From NCBI GenBank assembly GCA_030704615.1, contig CM060734.1:16058001-16122000 (forward strand): a stretch of DNA of 64,000 nucleotides. The letters run 5' to 3'. The translations under genes were made by a program, and so were the position numbers. The notes below the pieces were generated by a model. That model made no database searches. It was given only the letters and a program-made list of their open reading frames with translations, and had not been told where the DNA came from. Shown here piece by piece: positions 24,833 to 38,467 of this stretch (positions within the stretch are counted from its first letter, which is position 1; each line of letters starts with the position of its first letter). The stretch comes from Takakia lepidozioides. Its lineage: Eukaryota; Plantae; Bryophyta.

Positions 24833-27800
24833 AACTTCCTGGTGATATGTTGTAGGGTATGGCAAGATGTGGGTGGGAGAGATAACAGATACGTTGTGAG
24901 TAGTTGGTGAATTAGGCCAAGTGGAGCTTGGAGGAGATCAAGAGAGTGTGGAGGCAGTTGAGGGGATGTGGCGGGGCTTTATATTGCGATGGGTGTTCAG
25001 GGAGTGTTTGGAGTTTTGATAGTGTGGATAGTATGTGTGACTCCAGTTTTTCAGAGAGTAGGATGTCACATTTCTTCAGTTTTGGTGATACATATTATAT
25101 ATGTAAAAAGTACATGGTCTTTAGGGTAGCATCTGAGTTTGTAACTATTATGAGCGAGAAGTGGGTGCTCGGATGTGGTTATACCATATGGAGGTGCATC
25201 TGGATTGTCTAGGTCAAGAATGTAATGTGGGTTAGGTAGGAACGGGGCAAAGACATCAAGAAGGTGTTTATACTGTAATTTTAGCGTAATTGTGGAGGGT
25301 AAAAGTATATTTCATATCTTGTTTTGGCCGCTTTGGATATGCGTTTAACAATGTTTTGAATGGGGTCTGGTATATGGACAACATTTATGATTGGGTTAGT
25401 AGCTAGTGGTGTTATGCAACAGTGTTTGTTTGTAGGGCCTGGGTTGGGGTGGATATCTCCACATCGTATGAGTAGTATATGTAATTGCGTAGTAGTATAG
25501 TTGTGCATCCATTTTTGTAATTTTCGTTTAGCTTGTTTGGAGATGGGATGATCAGTATTTGTTCTACCTTTTGGGATAGTTGGGAGTTGTTGTTGTTCGT
25601 TGAGAATAGTGGCAGGGAATGTGTGGGTTATTTTATGCTGCTAAGAGCTATATTTTTGCATGTTACAGCAACTATAGAATATTCGTTCCTGAACCATACA
25701 GCTGAATAGTGAGTATTTTGTGAAGGGGTGACATATGGTTGGTTGTGGTATTATTTGGCGTGGTTCTAGCTTTAGAGTAATTGCAACAGGGCAAAAGTTT
25801 GAGGTGTATCTATCTTTTGCCGTCTTTGGGGGATGATTAACCATATTTTGTATTGGGGTTGGTACGCTAGGTTTCATATGGCGGCGGATGTTTTGGGGGT
25901 ATTATCAAGTATATACGAGGCGCTTGTAGTATATTTGAGCGTAATAGTGTATGTATATATGTAATATTGTTGGGTTTCAGTTTATGTGTCATACGGAGTC
26001 CGAATATATGAGAATTATTTTTATTACCATTATTTTTATTTTTATTTTTATTATTACATTATTTTTATTATAATTTTCTATTTCGTTTCTTGGTGTGAAT
26101 GGGGATGAAAGGGATAGGGCAAAAGAGTCGTTACCCCTTGGATGAATGTGGAGTGTGTTATTTGGATGATATCCATGGGTTTGAAAGTTGGGCGGGGCCA
26201 GTGGGCTTGGATCTGTGCATGGGCTTGGTTGCGGGCAACAGGAGCTCTCAGGGAGGTATGCTTCAGTCGAGGTTGAGTGCCAAACAATATCCTGCGTCGG
26301 CCAAGCGATTTGTTGTAATCTCATCCTAGCAGGGGTCCACAATGGCAGAGAATGAGGTCTTGGGAGAGTATGTTTGGTAATCACTGTAGACCAAATGTCA
26401 GCTGGCCTGGATACATGGCGTTCTTTGTCGTGCAGCCTGCGTTTGAGTTTTCTGCGGGGTGGAGGGTAACGTAGCATTTTGGATTTAGACCTGGTAGTTT
26501 GATGAATGGTTATTCTCCCTTTGAACTTTCCGCATAAGGTAGAGTATTGTTTCATTTTCCTGGTGAGCATGTAATTTTGACGTACTACTACAATGCATAG
26601 GGGTTCGCCTGAGATATGTGGTGTGTGTAGGGTGCAATAATTAAGTAGCATTATGTGGGTGTGATGTCGTTTAAAGAGGTTTCCTGCTAATGTTTGTGGT
26701 CTTGTGATGTAAATGCAAGTATTAATTAGGGGTGTTAGAAATGGCAGCTTCATTGCATGTGGTGAGCTTTCTGCTTGCATTATGCATGTAATTAGTAGGG
26801 GTTTTTTAATGGGCTTTCGTAGGATCCAGTGTTCAGTGCAGATATGAGAGGTCTGTGTATGTGTATGTTCAGATGAATCAGTTTTCGCAATTTGTAGGGG
26901 TGTTTGTCTTTTGTTGTAGCGGGGCAATTTCCGGGGCTGCATGGGGTGGGAGGTTTTAGTAAGTTTAAGTATGTTTGTCGAATTTAGGAGGGTAGTTGAT
27001 GATGGGCTTAGGGGGTTAAGGGTTGTTTGTAGTGATCTTCTTATTGGGAACATAGTGCAATTCTGTGTTTGTGGTAGGTTATGGGGTTTATAATTTCGGT
27101 GGGGGTAATCCTATATGTTGAGTGAGTTGTCAATGTGAGCAGTTTTGAGCGGTATTGGAGTGCCTGACACCCAGGATCTTCTGTAGATTCGTGTAGTGAG
27201 TTTTGCATGACCGTGTATTGAGTTTCTTTTATGGAGTTGTGTGGCTTTGTGTGAGGGGAGATGTGGTGGGCGGATTATTTGTAGGCGAACTGCGGCGTGT
27301 GTGGTTTTGGTGGGAATGGTGAATGAGAAGAATGGGTGCGTAGTCTACATCTCAGGTGTCATTACCAGGGGCTGCTTAATATAGTCCAGAATGTAGCTTG
27401 CTGTAATTGTCATGAGACTGCAGGGCATTGTGGATTTCTGACTCTGGTCATAATGCATGGTTAGAATAAAAGCTATGGTATGTATTTTGACAGGTTGAGT
27501 GATATGTATTTGTATTTTAATGACATACAACGTTGTCAGGGCGGTTGTCAGGGTGGTTACAGGTGAATTTTGAGTGTGGCAGGGGGGGCCAAGGTCGGTG
27601 TTTGGGGGTCCTGCAAATGGCAGCTTTATTTTATGTGGTGAGTTTTCTGCCTGCACTATGCGTGCAATTAGCAGGGGTTTTTTTAATGGGTTTTCGTAGG
27701 ATCTAGTGTGTAGTGCAGAAGTAAGGGGCCTGTCTATGTGTATCTGGTTGATTTAGACTCTGTCCAAGTATTTGTGAGAGTGCGTTGCAGGTAGGAGCAG

Positions 27801-30598
27801 GGGTGGAATGCGGAGGTAAGAGAGCGTCTGGTCTGGTAGTGTAGGTGGGGCTATTTTCCCAGGTTGCGAGGGTAATTGTTTCTTGTTGCAATGGGGTAGT
27901 TGTGAGAGATGCATGAGGTTATAAGGACTGACATCAGCCCAATTCGGAGGCATTAGTGAATTAGGGATTTGAGATTTGTCATTTGTGGTAGCGAGAGGTG
28001 AGGGTTATTGCATGATCTGTGAGTTGTGTGGAGCGTTGTTGATGTACAGTTGGTTGGAGCAGTTTGCAATGTCTTGGTAGTATTTATTGGTGATATGAGA
28101 CCATATGGATCATTGGGGGATCGTGGTCGATGTCATTATCGGGATTGCATTCAGTCGTGCAGATTCGTATGTTGGGAGCAGCTATAGGGTTGTGTATGTA
28201 TCGGTTGTCCATAGGTTGGGCGGGAGAGGCGTGTTGTTGATGGATATGAGTTAGGTAGTTAGCGTTAGTGCGCTTGTGAAAGGCGATGAGAAGGGCAAGA
28301 TTGTGGTTAGGATCACAGTTGTCATGTGGGCCAAATAGGTCGTCCTCAATTTGCCATGTATTGTCATTTGTTGGGTAGCCAGCCCATTTACAGTAATAGA
28401 ATATATTGACACAGGTGGCTCCAAAGGAGTCGAGTGACGTTTGGGTTTTGATTCCAAGAATAGCTTCAATGATAAAGGCATTGGGGTTGTGTGGGGGGGT
28501 TGGGGGGGACGCTATACATGGGGTTGATTGGGGGGAGGTAGGGATATTTGGCGGGTTGGCAGGGAGGGTTGGAGGTGGAGGACAACTATGGTCTGATGTG
28601 GTATTCTGAACATGGGGCAACGAGGAGGAAGGATTAGGATTGGTGGCGGTGGAGTTGTTACTGTTATAGGATGCTTTGAGCTGCTGGAGAATGGAGGAAG
28701 CGGGGGCAGACCTATATTGAGGTAATAAGTCTTGGGGAGTGTGAGGAAAGTGCAAGCAAGGGATTTCGCAGTCAAGGGTACAGGATGCGGAGGGGTGGCA
28801 AAATAGGGTGCGGAGATGGTGTAAGTAGCGGCTGGTTTTGGTCGTAGCTCTGGAGTGTTTAAGGGTAAATTCAGTGGGTTTCAGGAGTCAATGCCCCGTG
28901 GCGGTGGTAAGTTGGGTGAGAGTGGTAATATGTCGTTCTTTGAAGTAGGTAAGGATGGGTGTTTTTTGTTTAGGATGAGAAGTTTCGTATTGAGAGAGAA
29001 AAGGGCTGGTGAGCCATGCAAATTCCAGTGGCAATGAAGTGTTGGGATAGTCTGGAAGGTCGGTTTGTATGCTAATTTTCATTTGACGCAAAATAAGCAA
29101 TGTGCGTGCGGTAGGGTAGTGTAGGCAGGCCTGGGAGTGCAGTGATGGGAGAGAGTAGAGTCCATTGTATTTTAACGCAAGAAATCTGAGGAGATCTTGG
29201 TAGATTTGGCCTAGGCGTCCAGGGTCATGAGGGCCTCTGTTAATTGGGTGCCTAAGGTGCGGGCATATGAGATGATTAGGGGGCTTGAACCAATCCCGTA
29301 ACTGTCTATGGGGAGTTGGGTGAGAGCATTGGGGGTGCTGACAGGCAGGCCGCATATATGTTTTGTGAGTTGAGTAATGCTTTTATCGAGTTTTTTAATG
29401 TCTGGGAGGGAGAAGGGAGCAGCGTGGAAAGAGTATTAGACTTGGGTTTTCAGTACTGATTGTATGATTGATAGCTTGGGTCTAATGGCAATTGGGGCTT
29501 TGGGGAGGGCTAGACTTTTATTGACTAGTTTGGATGAGGTGGCGTCCTTTTGGACGTGCCAGGTAAGGGATGGGACCAGTTGAATGCCTAAATAGGTATA
29601 AGGTTCATCAGGCCCGAGGAAGGGGAATGGTTTGTTCTGGTAATTCACATAGAGTTTGCAGTGGGAGGCGATAGCAGTTTTTGTGAGTCTGCTATGGTGT
29701 GTTGCCGCTATGATGGCACATTTGTGGAGGCTAAGTTCCATACCAGACCATCGGTTGAAGCGGTATAGTTTGGTGACTTGTCGATTTAGGTGTTGCGGTT
29801 TATGTGCGAGAATGGCGAGGTCATCGGCATATGCTGCAGCGGAGATTTTGTATTGGTATCTGAGCTTACCACGGGCTATCTATCTGAGTAGAGGTTCCAG
29901 GAAGATAATAAATAGGTAAGGGCTTAAAGTATCCCCTTCGATAGTGCCGCGCAGTATGGGAATGGGTGGGGTGGATCCGTAGTATGCACCAGAGTATTCA
30001 GTAGTGCTACTCGTGTAAATATTGCCAATAAGTTGAACTGCATCTGGGGGGTACCCAAGGTCTATCATGATGGCAAGTAGGCAAGCATGATCTAGGGAGC
30101 CAAATGCATTTTTAAAGTCTAGGTATAGTAGATAAATATCTTGTTTTGTAAGTTTAGCATCTTCTAGTGCGGATAGAACATATTGTAATTGTCGAGTTGT
30201 GCTTCGCGTGGCTCGGAAACCCTCTTGGGGGTCACTGAGGATACGATGTTGTTCACCAAAGTTGGAAAGCATTGTGGTGAGTGTGGTAGTAAATAGCTTG
30301 TAGATAGTGTTTGCAAGGTACGAGGTCGGGGCCTGGGGCTTTGGATTTAGAGAGGGCTTTGAGGCAAGATTCATAGAGGTCAATTATAAATAGGTTAGAG
30401 ATGCGGTCTGTTGGGGAACCTTGCTTTTCCAATGAGAAGCCGTCAATATCATGCCATGGGTAGTGTTTAACTTTGCACATGCAGGTTGGAGAGTGAAGGT
30501 GTGGGTGTAGGCAACTTACGATTGTGGGCGTGTATGATAATGATGCCTGAGTCCATATCTCATTATTGATGTCTTTTGGGTCGGTTAGGAGGGAGGTT
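24833..30598 (-). mobile_element. Degenerate LINE (RTE-X/L1-like RT) with downstream chromodomain
   Basis: QEGFR..YLDFKNAFGSLDH..RGTIEGDTLSPYLF..AYADD..YTYLGI, then FIIEAILG..YYCKWAGYP..DNTWQIEDDL. The portion below ~27700 is less certain. Confidence 0.8.
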
Positions 30599-30834
30599 TG
30601 CTATTTCATGAGCATGAGCGGCATGAGCGGCATGAGCAGAGTAGTAACACAATCGGTTTTCATGAGCAGAAGTACAAATTTCGAAAATAAAAAACAATAA
30701 AAAACAATAATTTAATGCAATGTGTCAGAAAAAACAAATATATTATTCGGCCCCTTGAAGGGAAAATTGCACTTTTGACAGTTGTGCTCATGATATTTCG
30801 TCTTCCGCTCATGCCAATTCCCAGCGACATGTGC

Positions 30835-31195
30835 AAATATGGCGCCGAATTTCGCGGTAATAGGGTCCGTAACCTGAAAAAACGGCGACGTATTTCGCGG
30901 CAATAGGTCTCTCTGGCGAAAAATGGTGCCGAATTCCGCGGCTATAGGTCCCCTCATGACAGGTAATTCGGCGCCATTTTTCCAGTGCATGTTCGGACTT
31001 AGCCAATTTCGGCCCAAAAAAGAGAAATTCGGCGCCATTTTTCCAGACACGGTACCAGTGCATGTTGGGACTTAACCAGTTTTCGGCCCCAAAAAGAGAA
31101 ATTCGGCGCCATTTTCCCAAACACAGGTACCAGTGCATGTTGGGACTTAGTGAGTTTTCGGCCCCAAAAAGAGAAATTCGGCGCCATTTTTCCAG
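30835..31195. repeat. Subterminal imperfect palindromes AAATTCGGCGCCATTTT in ~70-bp tandem units
   Basis: Directly visible. Confidence 0.85.
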
Positions 31196-31350
31196 AAATG
31201 GCCCCACAACTGCTTCTGTTGGATCTCAGTTTGAATGGAATATTGCCTCATTCCAGGAGTTTTGGGGTGCATTTCATTACACTGCAAAAAAAAAGTTGAT
31301 ACAGCAAAATGCATTTGAAAATATCCATATGGAGGATTCCGTTTGCCCCA

Positions 31351-34300
31351 TCAATGATTTCTGGAATCCCTAAGGAGGAGTTTGTGCAGCTCGTTCACGC
31401 TCAACGCCGGTGCATGAATAAAGTCATCAATAGTCACGTTCATCCTCAACCTCTTCAGGTAAATGTAATACAGATGCTTGCACGGATAATACTTCGAACC
31501 CTTCTTTGCTTCCATCAACGAGAAGTCCGTACAGTTGCAAGTCGGCTCCACTCCAATCGTAATTGTGTATACATCGTCGCGTACAGCCGAGCCGGCCGTT
31601 GCCATCCGATACACACGCCCAAGGCCGGGTGGGGGTACGTCCACGGAGCTCTGAATAGTGCAAGCCATCCCAAGAGCATTGGCAATCCGAGTCTCATTCA
31701 ACTTGTTGGGAGGGTGTCGTCTCTTCACTCTTCCGAATCGCATTGTGGGATGTGCAGAATTGTCCAATCCGTCTCTACTGGACCGAGCAGTCTGCAATGG
31801 CTGGGTCTGAGGAACCGGAAATGCGTGGGCCGGGATGTCTGTGCGTTGCACCATTCGAAATCCTGCTGCAGATAGAGCATCCGCCTCATTCTGAGAGAGG
31901 CTGCAACCCGGTGCAACAGGCCAGACGCCCGGAGGCTCCGGCATTCCCTGAATCCCGTACTTGGGCTTGCCAAATACACAGGTCATTATGTCGTGCCTAC
32001 AGAACCAAAATGTCTGCGTTGTGGCGTGAGCAAATGTGGGAGTCAAAAATCTGCCGCTGAAACAAGGTGCAGGTACAGCACCGTGTGGGTTCCTCCGAAT
32101 CATCTCACCACAGCGTGCTCTCGTATCCACCCGGATGGCGCAACACTTCCCTCGAAATGCCGGCAATGTCCTCGCAATTCTCCACTGTGACTCCGACACT
32201 CTTGTCTCCACAATGGGAATGTTGTATTGCTTTACTACAGATGGCTCGTTATGTTGCCGGGGCACGCGCCCTGTGCTCAAAAGAGATGGCGATCTTGAAC
32301 GTGCAGGACTTCCGGTGCTCGACGAGACCTCCTCGGACAACATCACCGGACCACGAGGGAGCGTGCGAATATTCTTGTCAGCTCGCCATGAATCCTCTTC
32401 TCCGCCAGGTGCCTCGTCAAGTCTTCGTCTCACTGGACGGGTATGAACATCTCCTTCCAAATGTTGGCCTCTTCGCAGCAATGGCGTGTCCCGAAGGCCC
32501 TCTCGCAAGGCCGCCGCCCACTTCCGAGGATTCTTCGATCTGGAGGCAGTCCGCATCAGCATTTCCTGCCTGTCCGGCCCCAAGCCCCACTGTTTCCCTT
32601 TCAAGAACTCGTTGTACCTGCATTGCTGCATAATTGACCTCACAATGTCCTCCGTTGTGGCAGTGAGGATGTCCACCAGATGCGCCGCAGAGGAGGCACG
32701 CCAGGAAGAGTGCACTGATTCGGCCATGTTTGTCGTGGGCATGTCGGTGTCGGAGTCGAGACACATTTCCTGCACAAGCACATGTTCAGGTTACAAGCAA
32801 GTTACAAATATGGCCAAGAATAATATCCAACGGGACGCGAATTCGTGCAACTCACCTCCCGCATATAGTCGCCGAACTGGAGGAAACGATAATGCCACCA
32901 TGCTAGCCAACTGACCATTGCTCCTTCGTCTGATTTCCTTACAGCACCTGACGATGTCCACCAAGCCCGTATGCATGCAAACTGTGTCTCTGCATCATCC
33001 AAGGTGGGAGCGCGCTTCCACGCAAGGCACATGGAACGGTGCTCCTCTCTGAAATCTGGCGCCACGAGCCTGGTTGTGTACTGCGAAAGGCTCTGCAGAA
33101 AATGGAACCCACAAGATCTCTCCTTGCCTTCCATGGGAACATTGGGGTCTTGCCCGTACACCCTTCGGATGGCAGCCCAATTTGCTTGTGCGTTGTCCGC
33201 CATGAAACCACGGAAATTGGGAGGGGGCAATCCCGCCTTGGCCATCTGTTCGTTTATTCCCTGCCAAAGAAGCATCTCCGATTGTGTGTCCTCTCCTTTC
33301 ATCTCACAAATAGCAATTGTCATTAGCATCCTGCAGTGGGTGTCGTAGACATGTGCACCCATTGTCACCCACTGGTGATTTGTAATTCGCTTGATATGGT
33401 CGAACATGACCCAACTGTTTGACAAGTTCCCACTCGTCATCCTGTCGACCAGTTCGACGCCACTGCCAGGTCCACACGTGGACATTTTGAATACGAAACA
33501 ACGATCTGCCTCAGTCCCTTGTCCTGGAAACCTACTTCCATGAATGTAGTCATATCCACATCGTCGCTTCACCTCCAGAATGGAGTGCATATCCGAGCCA
33601 CGCCCAATTTTCTGTTTGCATGAGACAATGTGGTTTCGGACATTCGGTGAACATACGTGGGACACCGACTCCAGCAATGCCTCCATTTCCTTCTCGTCGA
33701 GAGGAACTCTATCGGAGCCGTCTTCCGACATAATTCTGGCCAATGCCATTTTATGGGCGGCTTGGAGCTGTATCTGTTTGGGTTTGGCACCCGGTCTCAA
33801 CTTAACCTCCTCCTGAACGAGCTGCTCTGCTCGTGGGCAGCCTCCCGCGAGTTCCCCCTCGCCAATTTGTGACAATGGGAACCAACGTGTATGCAAGCTC
33901 GGGTGAGGTCAGGGAAACGGTGCAACACATAGAACTGCTTGGCATTACAAACAGACATGCAGTGTGGTGGTTCTTTGCAATGCGCACACTTAAATGTGGA
34001 GTTCGGAACCTTCTCCTGAGCTCGAAATGGTTGATGAGCTGTGCCTGTCCAATCGGTCTCGTTCTGTGACCTCTGGATTTAAAGTGGAAGCAAGTTGGGG
34101 AGAAACACCGCAACGCGCCCGCACAAACAACGTAGCGCACCCGCACACCATCAAGCATCTTCATGCTGGTGATTTTGGTAACGCACCAAGGATGACCGTC
34201 ATGTTTTCTATCCATATCTGTCAACATTCCGGACGCCCTCGAGTAGTCCGCCCGAGGAGGGAACTCAAAGAAGATATTACTGTCGACGTCGGCGGGAAGG

Positions 34301-34955
34301 CATGTAACCGATTTAATTGCAACTTGCTGTAGTCCAGCCCGGCCAGCTCCGACCGGTGTCCCTCCAGGTGAAGCCCTCGAAGAATTTCAAGAATAGATCG
34401 AACTGCGGTGCTCGTGCTGGGAATATGACTCCCTCCTCCACTGACGTCCATTGAGGACTTGCCTGATCTCCAGGACGACCTCGGAACTTCCATGACCTCG
34501 TCTGCGTCGGACAGGTTGTGAACAACCCGGTTCTCGCTCGTCTTCATGGATGGGTTCGGCTCTGGATTTACTTCGTTGCGGACTTCTCTCTTTGAGGTAG
34601 CCACTCTCTGATTCGCGGATTGTTTCGTGGAAGGCGCCAGGATAGAAGGTGCATTTGGCGGGCAAATGAAGTCCCCAACAGCCCTGTATATGACGCTGTC
34701 CGATGGTGGAACTCGCCATTCCCTGCCATCGCCGAAATCATCGTGGAGCACAACAATACTCTCGACAACAAGGCCATTTGAGTCCTTCCTTTCCTCCTCC
34801 AAAAAAACCGACCCCGGTTTCAGGTGGTATCGAACGCACAGATATTTCTCCATCACCCGGCAGATGTCCCCTCTGCACGGAAATGAAGCTCTATGCTCGT
34901 GAGGAGGGCAGTACACTGTAGCGCTCGGGTTTTCCGCCATGGAAGATGTGCACAC
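31351..34955 (-). CDS. MULE transposase: GCM-like zinc domain, DDE core and C-terminal SWIM (frameshifted)
   Basis: DRKHDGHPWC..CAGALRC..C (GCM-like); VMFDHIKR, FMADNAQA, CGFHF, TTNMAES (D, D, CxxH, E); intron 32770-32855; SWIM CNCTDF..CKH. Frameshifts near 34315 and 33900-34060. Confidence 0.88.
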
Positions 34956-35244
34956 AAGACTGCCAGGATGGCGTGCGGGGAAGCTCCCTGGTAGAAGGAG
35001 GATGCAACGATGGGAAGGAATGCGGTGCCGATTTGTCCGAGCGACGAAGCCTGATCCAAATCCAGGGAGCCAACTATCTCAAAAATCCACAGTCAGAGTG
35101 TTAATGAACCTTGTCTCCGGAATGCGGCCCCTGGTCTTTGCGCAATAACTGCCAACGGTATGCAGTCAGAAAGTGGGGGGCCGTCCGGATGATGTCGGCT
35201 GAAGGGGAGAAGCCGGCACCGTGCCGTCACATTACTACCCCCGA

Positions 35245-36391
35245 ATGGAAATTCGGCACCCAATATCCAACAGGGGCCGCACGGATGAAGTCGTCTGGGG
35301 CAGAGATGCCGGCACCTGTCCGACAGAGAACATCCCCCGGATGGAAATTCAGCGCCGAATTTCCATTCGGATCCCCCCAAAGGAAGTCCTGTCGGGGGGT
35401 CAGGTCGAAAACTGGCTGACATAAAAACCTCCGCGGATGCAAAAACGGCGCCGAATTTCCAACAGAGGAAGCCCGGATGAAGTCGACTCGGGCGCAGAGG
35501 CCGGAGTGTGTGCGACAGAGAATATCCCCTGGATGGAGATTCGGCGCCGAATTTCCATCCGGGCCCCCAAAGGAAGTCGTGTCGGGGGGTCAGGCCGAAA
35601 ACTTGGACGGCATAAAAACATCCCCAGATGGAAAAACGGCGCCGAATTTCCATCCGGGGCGGTTCGGATGCAGTCGGGGAGGGGGGAGTGGCCTGCACTT
35701 GGCCGTCACATTTCAACCCCCGGACGGAAATTCGGCACCGAATATCGAACAGGGGACGCCCGGATGAAGTCGCCTCGGGCGCAGAGGCCGCCGAGTGTGC
35801 GACAGAGAACATCCCCTGGACGGAGATTCGGCGCCGAATTTCCATCCGGGCCCCCCCAAAGGAAGTCTTGTCGGGGGGTCAGACCGAAAACTGGCCGACA
35901 TAAAAACCTCCACAGATGGGAAAACGGCGCCGAATTTCAATTCGGGGCCGTTCCAATGCAGTCGGGGAGAAGGGAGAGGTCGGCACCTGGCCGTCATATT
36001 TTCAACCCCCGGGACGGAAATTCGGCACCGAATATCCAACAGAGCGGCGGAGAGGCGGCACCTCTCCGACAGAGACCATCCCCCGGATGGAAATTCGGCG
36101 CCGAATTTCCATCCAGCAGGTAAGTGGAATCCCGGATGGATGGAGATTCGGCGCCGAATTTCCATCCAGCAGGTAAGTGGAATCTCGGATGGATGGAGAT
36201 TCGGCGCCGAATTTCCATCCTGCAGGTAATTCGAATACCGGATGAATGGAAATTCGGCGCCGAATTTCCATCCAGCAGGTAAGTGGAATCCCGGATGGAT
36301 GGAGATTCGGCGCCGAATTTCAATCCTGCAGGTAATTCGAATACCGGATGAATGGAAATTCGGCGCCGAATTTCCATCCAGCAGGTAAGTC
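35245..36391. repeat. Array of palindromes GGAAATTCGGCGCCGAATTTCC in higher-order repeats, ending in a 53-bp tandem array
   Basis: About 16 copies. 53-bp periodicity from 36085 into the gap. Confidence 0.95.
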
Positions 36392-36891
36392 NNNNNNNNN
36401 NNNNNNNNNNNNNNNNNNNNNNNNNNNNNNNNNNNNNNNNNNNNNNNNNNNNNNNNNNNNNNNNNNNNNNNNNNNNNNNNNNNNNNNNNNNNNNNNNNNN
36501 NNNNNNNNNNNNNNNNNNNNNNNNNNNNNNNNNNNNNNNNNNNNNNNNNNNNNNNNNNNNNNNNNNNNNNNNNNNNNNNNNNNNNNNNNNNNNNNNNNNN
36601 NNNNNNNNNNNNNNNNNNNNNNNNNNNNNNNNNNNNNNNNNNNNNNNNNNNNNNNNNNNNNNNNNNNNNNNNNNNNNNNNNNNNNNNNNNNNNNNNNNNN
36701 NNNNNNNNNNNNNNNNNNNNNNNNNNNNNNNNNNNNNNNNNNNNNNNNNNNNNNNNNNNNNNNNNNNNNNNNNNNNNNNNNNNNNNNNNNNNNNNNNNNN
36801 NNNNNNNNNNNNNNNNNNNNNNNNNNNNNNNNNNNNNNNNNNNNNNNNNNNNNNNNNNNNNNNNNNNNNNNNNNNNNNNNNNNNNNNNNNN
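36392..36891. other. Assembly gap (500 N)
   Basis: N run. Confidence 1.
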
Positions 36892-37299
36892 ACCTCCAAC
36901 ATCCAGCTGAGTCCTGACCTAATTTTCCCCTGCTCCCAACAATTTCCACTTCTTGCTTTTGCTTTCTTGCAAATCCTATGATTTGTGCTTTTGTCGTGGT
37001 TGTTTGCCGGGGGTCTTGCCATTTGTGCCGTCTCTAGTAATGGAGGACCTAAACTGTGAACCAATATTTTTCCGTCATCACTCTGGTTCTCCTCATCTCC
37101 ACTCTTCATTTCCCCTCCTCCTTTCCTCCTTTCCTCCCCTCCTAAATTCATGTTAGTCTTCTTCCTATTCACATGTCTTGTGCCCCCCCTCAAGGTTTAT
37201 GAATATTTCCATTTCCATCCACCTCCATCACAGCTTAAAAAAACAAGTTGTTTGATTTTCTCATTCTTCTTCTTTACTCTTTTCTCTTCTTCAACTGCT

Positions 37300-37545
37300 C
37301 TTTAACCAACTATCAACTCTGTATGCAATCATCAAGCTCGATGGTGGCCCACAATCTCCAGTACTACGGATCCCCCGTGGTAGCTCCATTAAAACATATT
37401 GTCCCTCCATCGTATCTCACAACAATTCCACGAAATTAGCTTGTAGCACCTCCGGCAAGTATCCCCCCCTTCAAATTCTTAATCAGAAATCAGAAAGCCT
37501 CCTCAGAAGACACCAAAACCGAAGGTGAAGGTGGCCTAAAAAACC
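37300..37545 (-). mobile_element. Indel-ridden remnant of split-repeat gypsy gag 5' region
   Basis: Similar to 21520-21730. Confidence 0.6.
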
Positions 37546-37639
37546 TATTTTTTTTTTTCATCTACTACCAACCACCCACCACCCAAATAACCACACCCAC
37601 ACCAACCATTTTTTCTTTCTTTTTCTCCATACCCAACCA

Positions 37640-38467
37640 CCATCCAAAATACCGGCCAACCATCCACCAGCCGGTCCGGATTGTGAAAGAATTAAAATAT
37701 AATTTCAATACCAACCAGAACCAGCCGGTTCCATAGTATTGAAGAAAGAATTCTCTGATTTAAAAAAACACCCCCATTAACAAAACAAACACCAAACAAC
37801 CCAAAACCCGAAAACACCCGCCAGTTCTCAATAGTAGTATGATTTTTTATTAATTTGCGGACGGTATCAATAGGATGGGTATTCCAATCTAATACCCAAC
37901 CAAATACCAGACCAATGGTTAATCAACCCGGATATAAATAATTTAAACATAAACTTTTAAATAACACTAAATCATTAATCTGTCCTTAATTAAATTGAAT
38001 TTAGAAAAAGAACATAGTTGATTTCACAAAGAAATTAATTATTATGTTGCAAAATTCAGACTTTGCCTTACATAATTACGTTGCAGATTTTAGTAAGCAA
38101 AGTGAAGCAAGCTTAGTTAAAAGGATTGATTGCAACCCTCATAGGGGCTGGCCCGCCCTACATGTGCTAAGAAATGAATAATAGTGGCATGCCCTTGGGG
38201 CTGGACATGCCCTCCCTAACATGTGCACGCTCTTACCCTAACCCTTGACATCATGTGCACCCGCCCAATTTCCTATCCATACCATGGTATAGTCCATGTT
38301 TTTGCCCATAATACGGGTATTGCCTTAGCAATACCAACCGGTCCGGTAATCAACCATAGTATTGGAATTGCCAATACCAGCCGGTTCGGTTATTAACCAT
38401 AGTCAATACCAGCCAGGTCGGTTATTCAATACCCTGGTTGATACCCGGCCAGACCAGTCCAACACTG
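37640..38467. mobile_element. Probable hAT-type non-autonomous element end
   Basis: Clustered AATACCAGCCGGT subterminal repeats ending in CCAGTCCAACACTG (CAGTGTT-type terminus). Partner end not seen. Confidence 0.5.

Larger units (their letters stand above)
30599..36391 (-). mobile_element. MULE (Mutator-like) transposon, other end lost in assembly gap
   Basis: Terminus TGCTATTTCATGAGC, transposase gene, and palindrome arrays on both sides of the gene. Confidence 0.88.

Noticed and set aside
25989-27053. 354-aa ORF as a real gene
   Set aside because: A/C-biased low-complexity sequence with no motif, open because of base composition.
36085-36391. CRISPR-like array (30-bp palindromic repeat plus 23-bp spacers)
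   Set aside because: The spacers are two recurring variants, there are no cas genes, and the context is a eukaryotic transposon. It is a tandem repeat.
35994-37193. Long ORFs spanning the N run
   Set aside because: Artefacts of the assembly gap.
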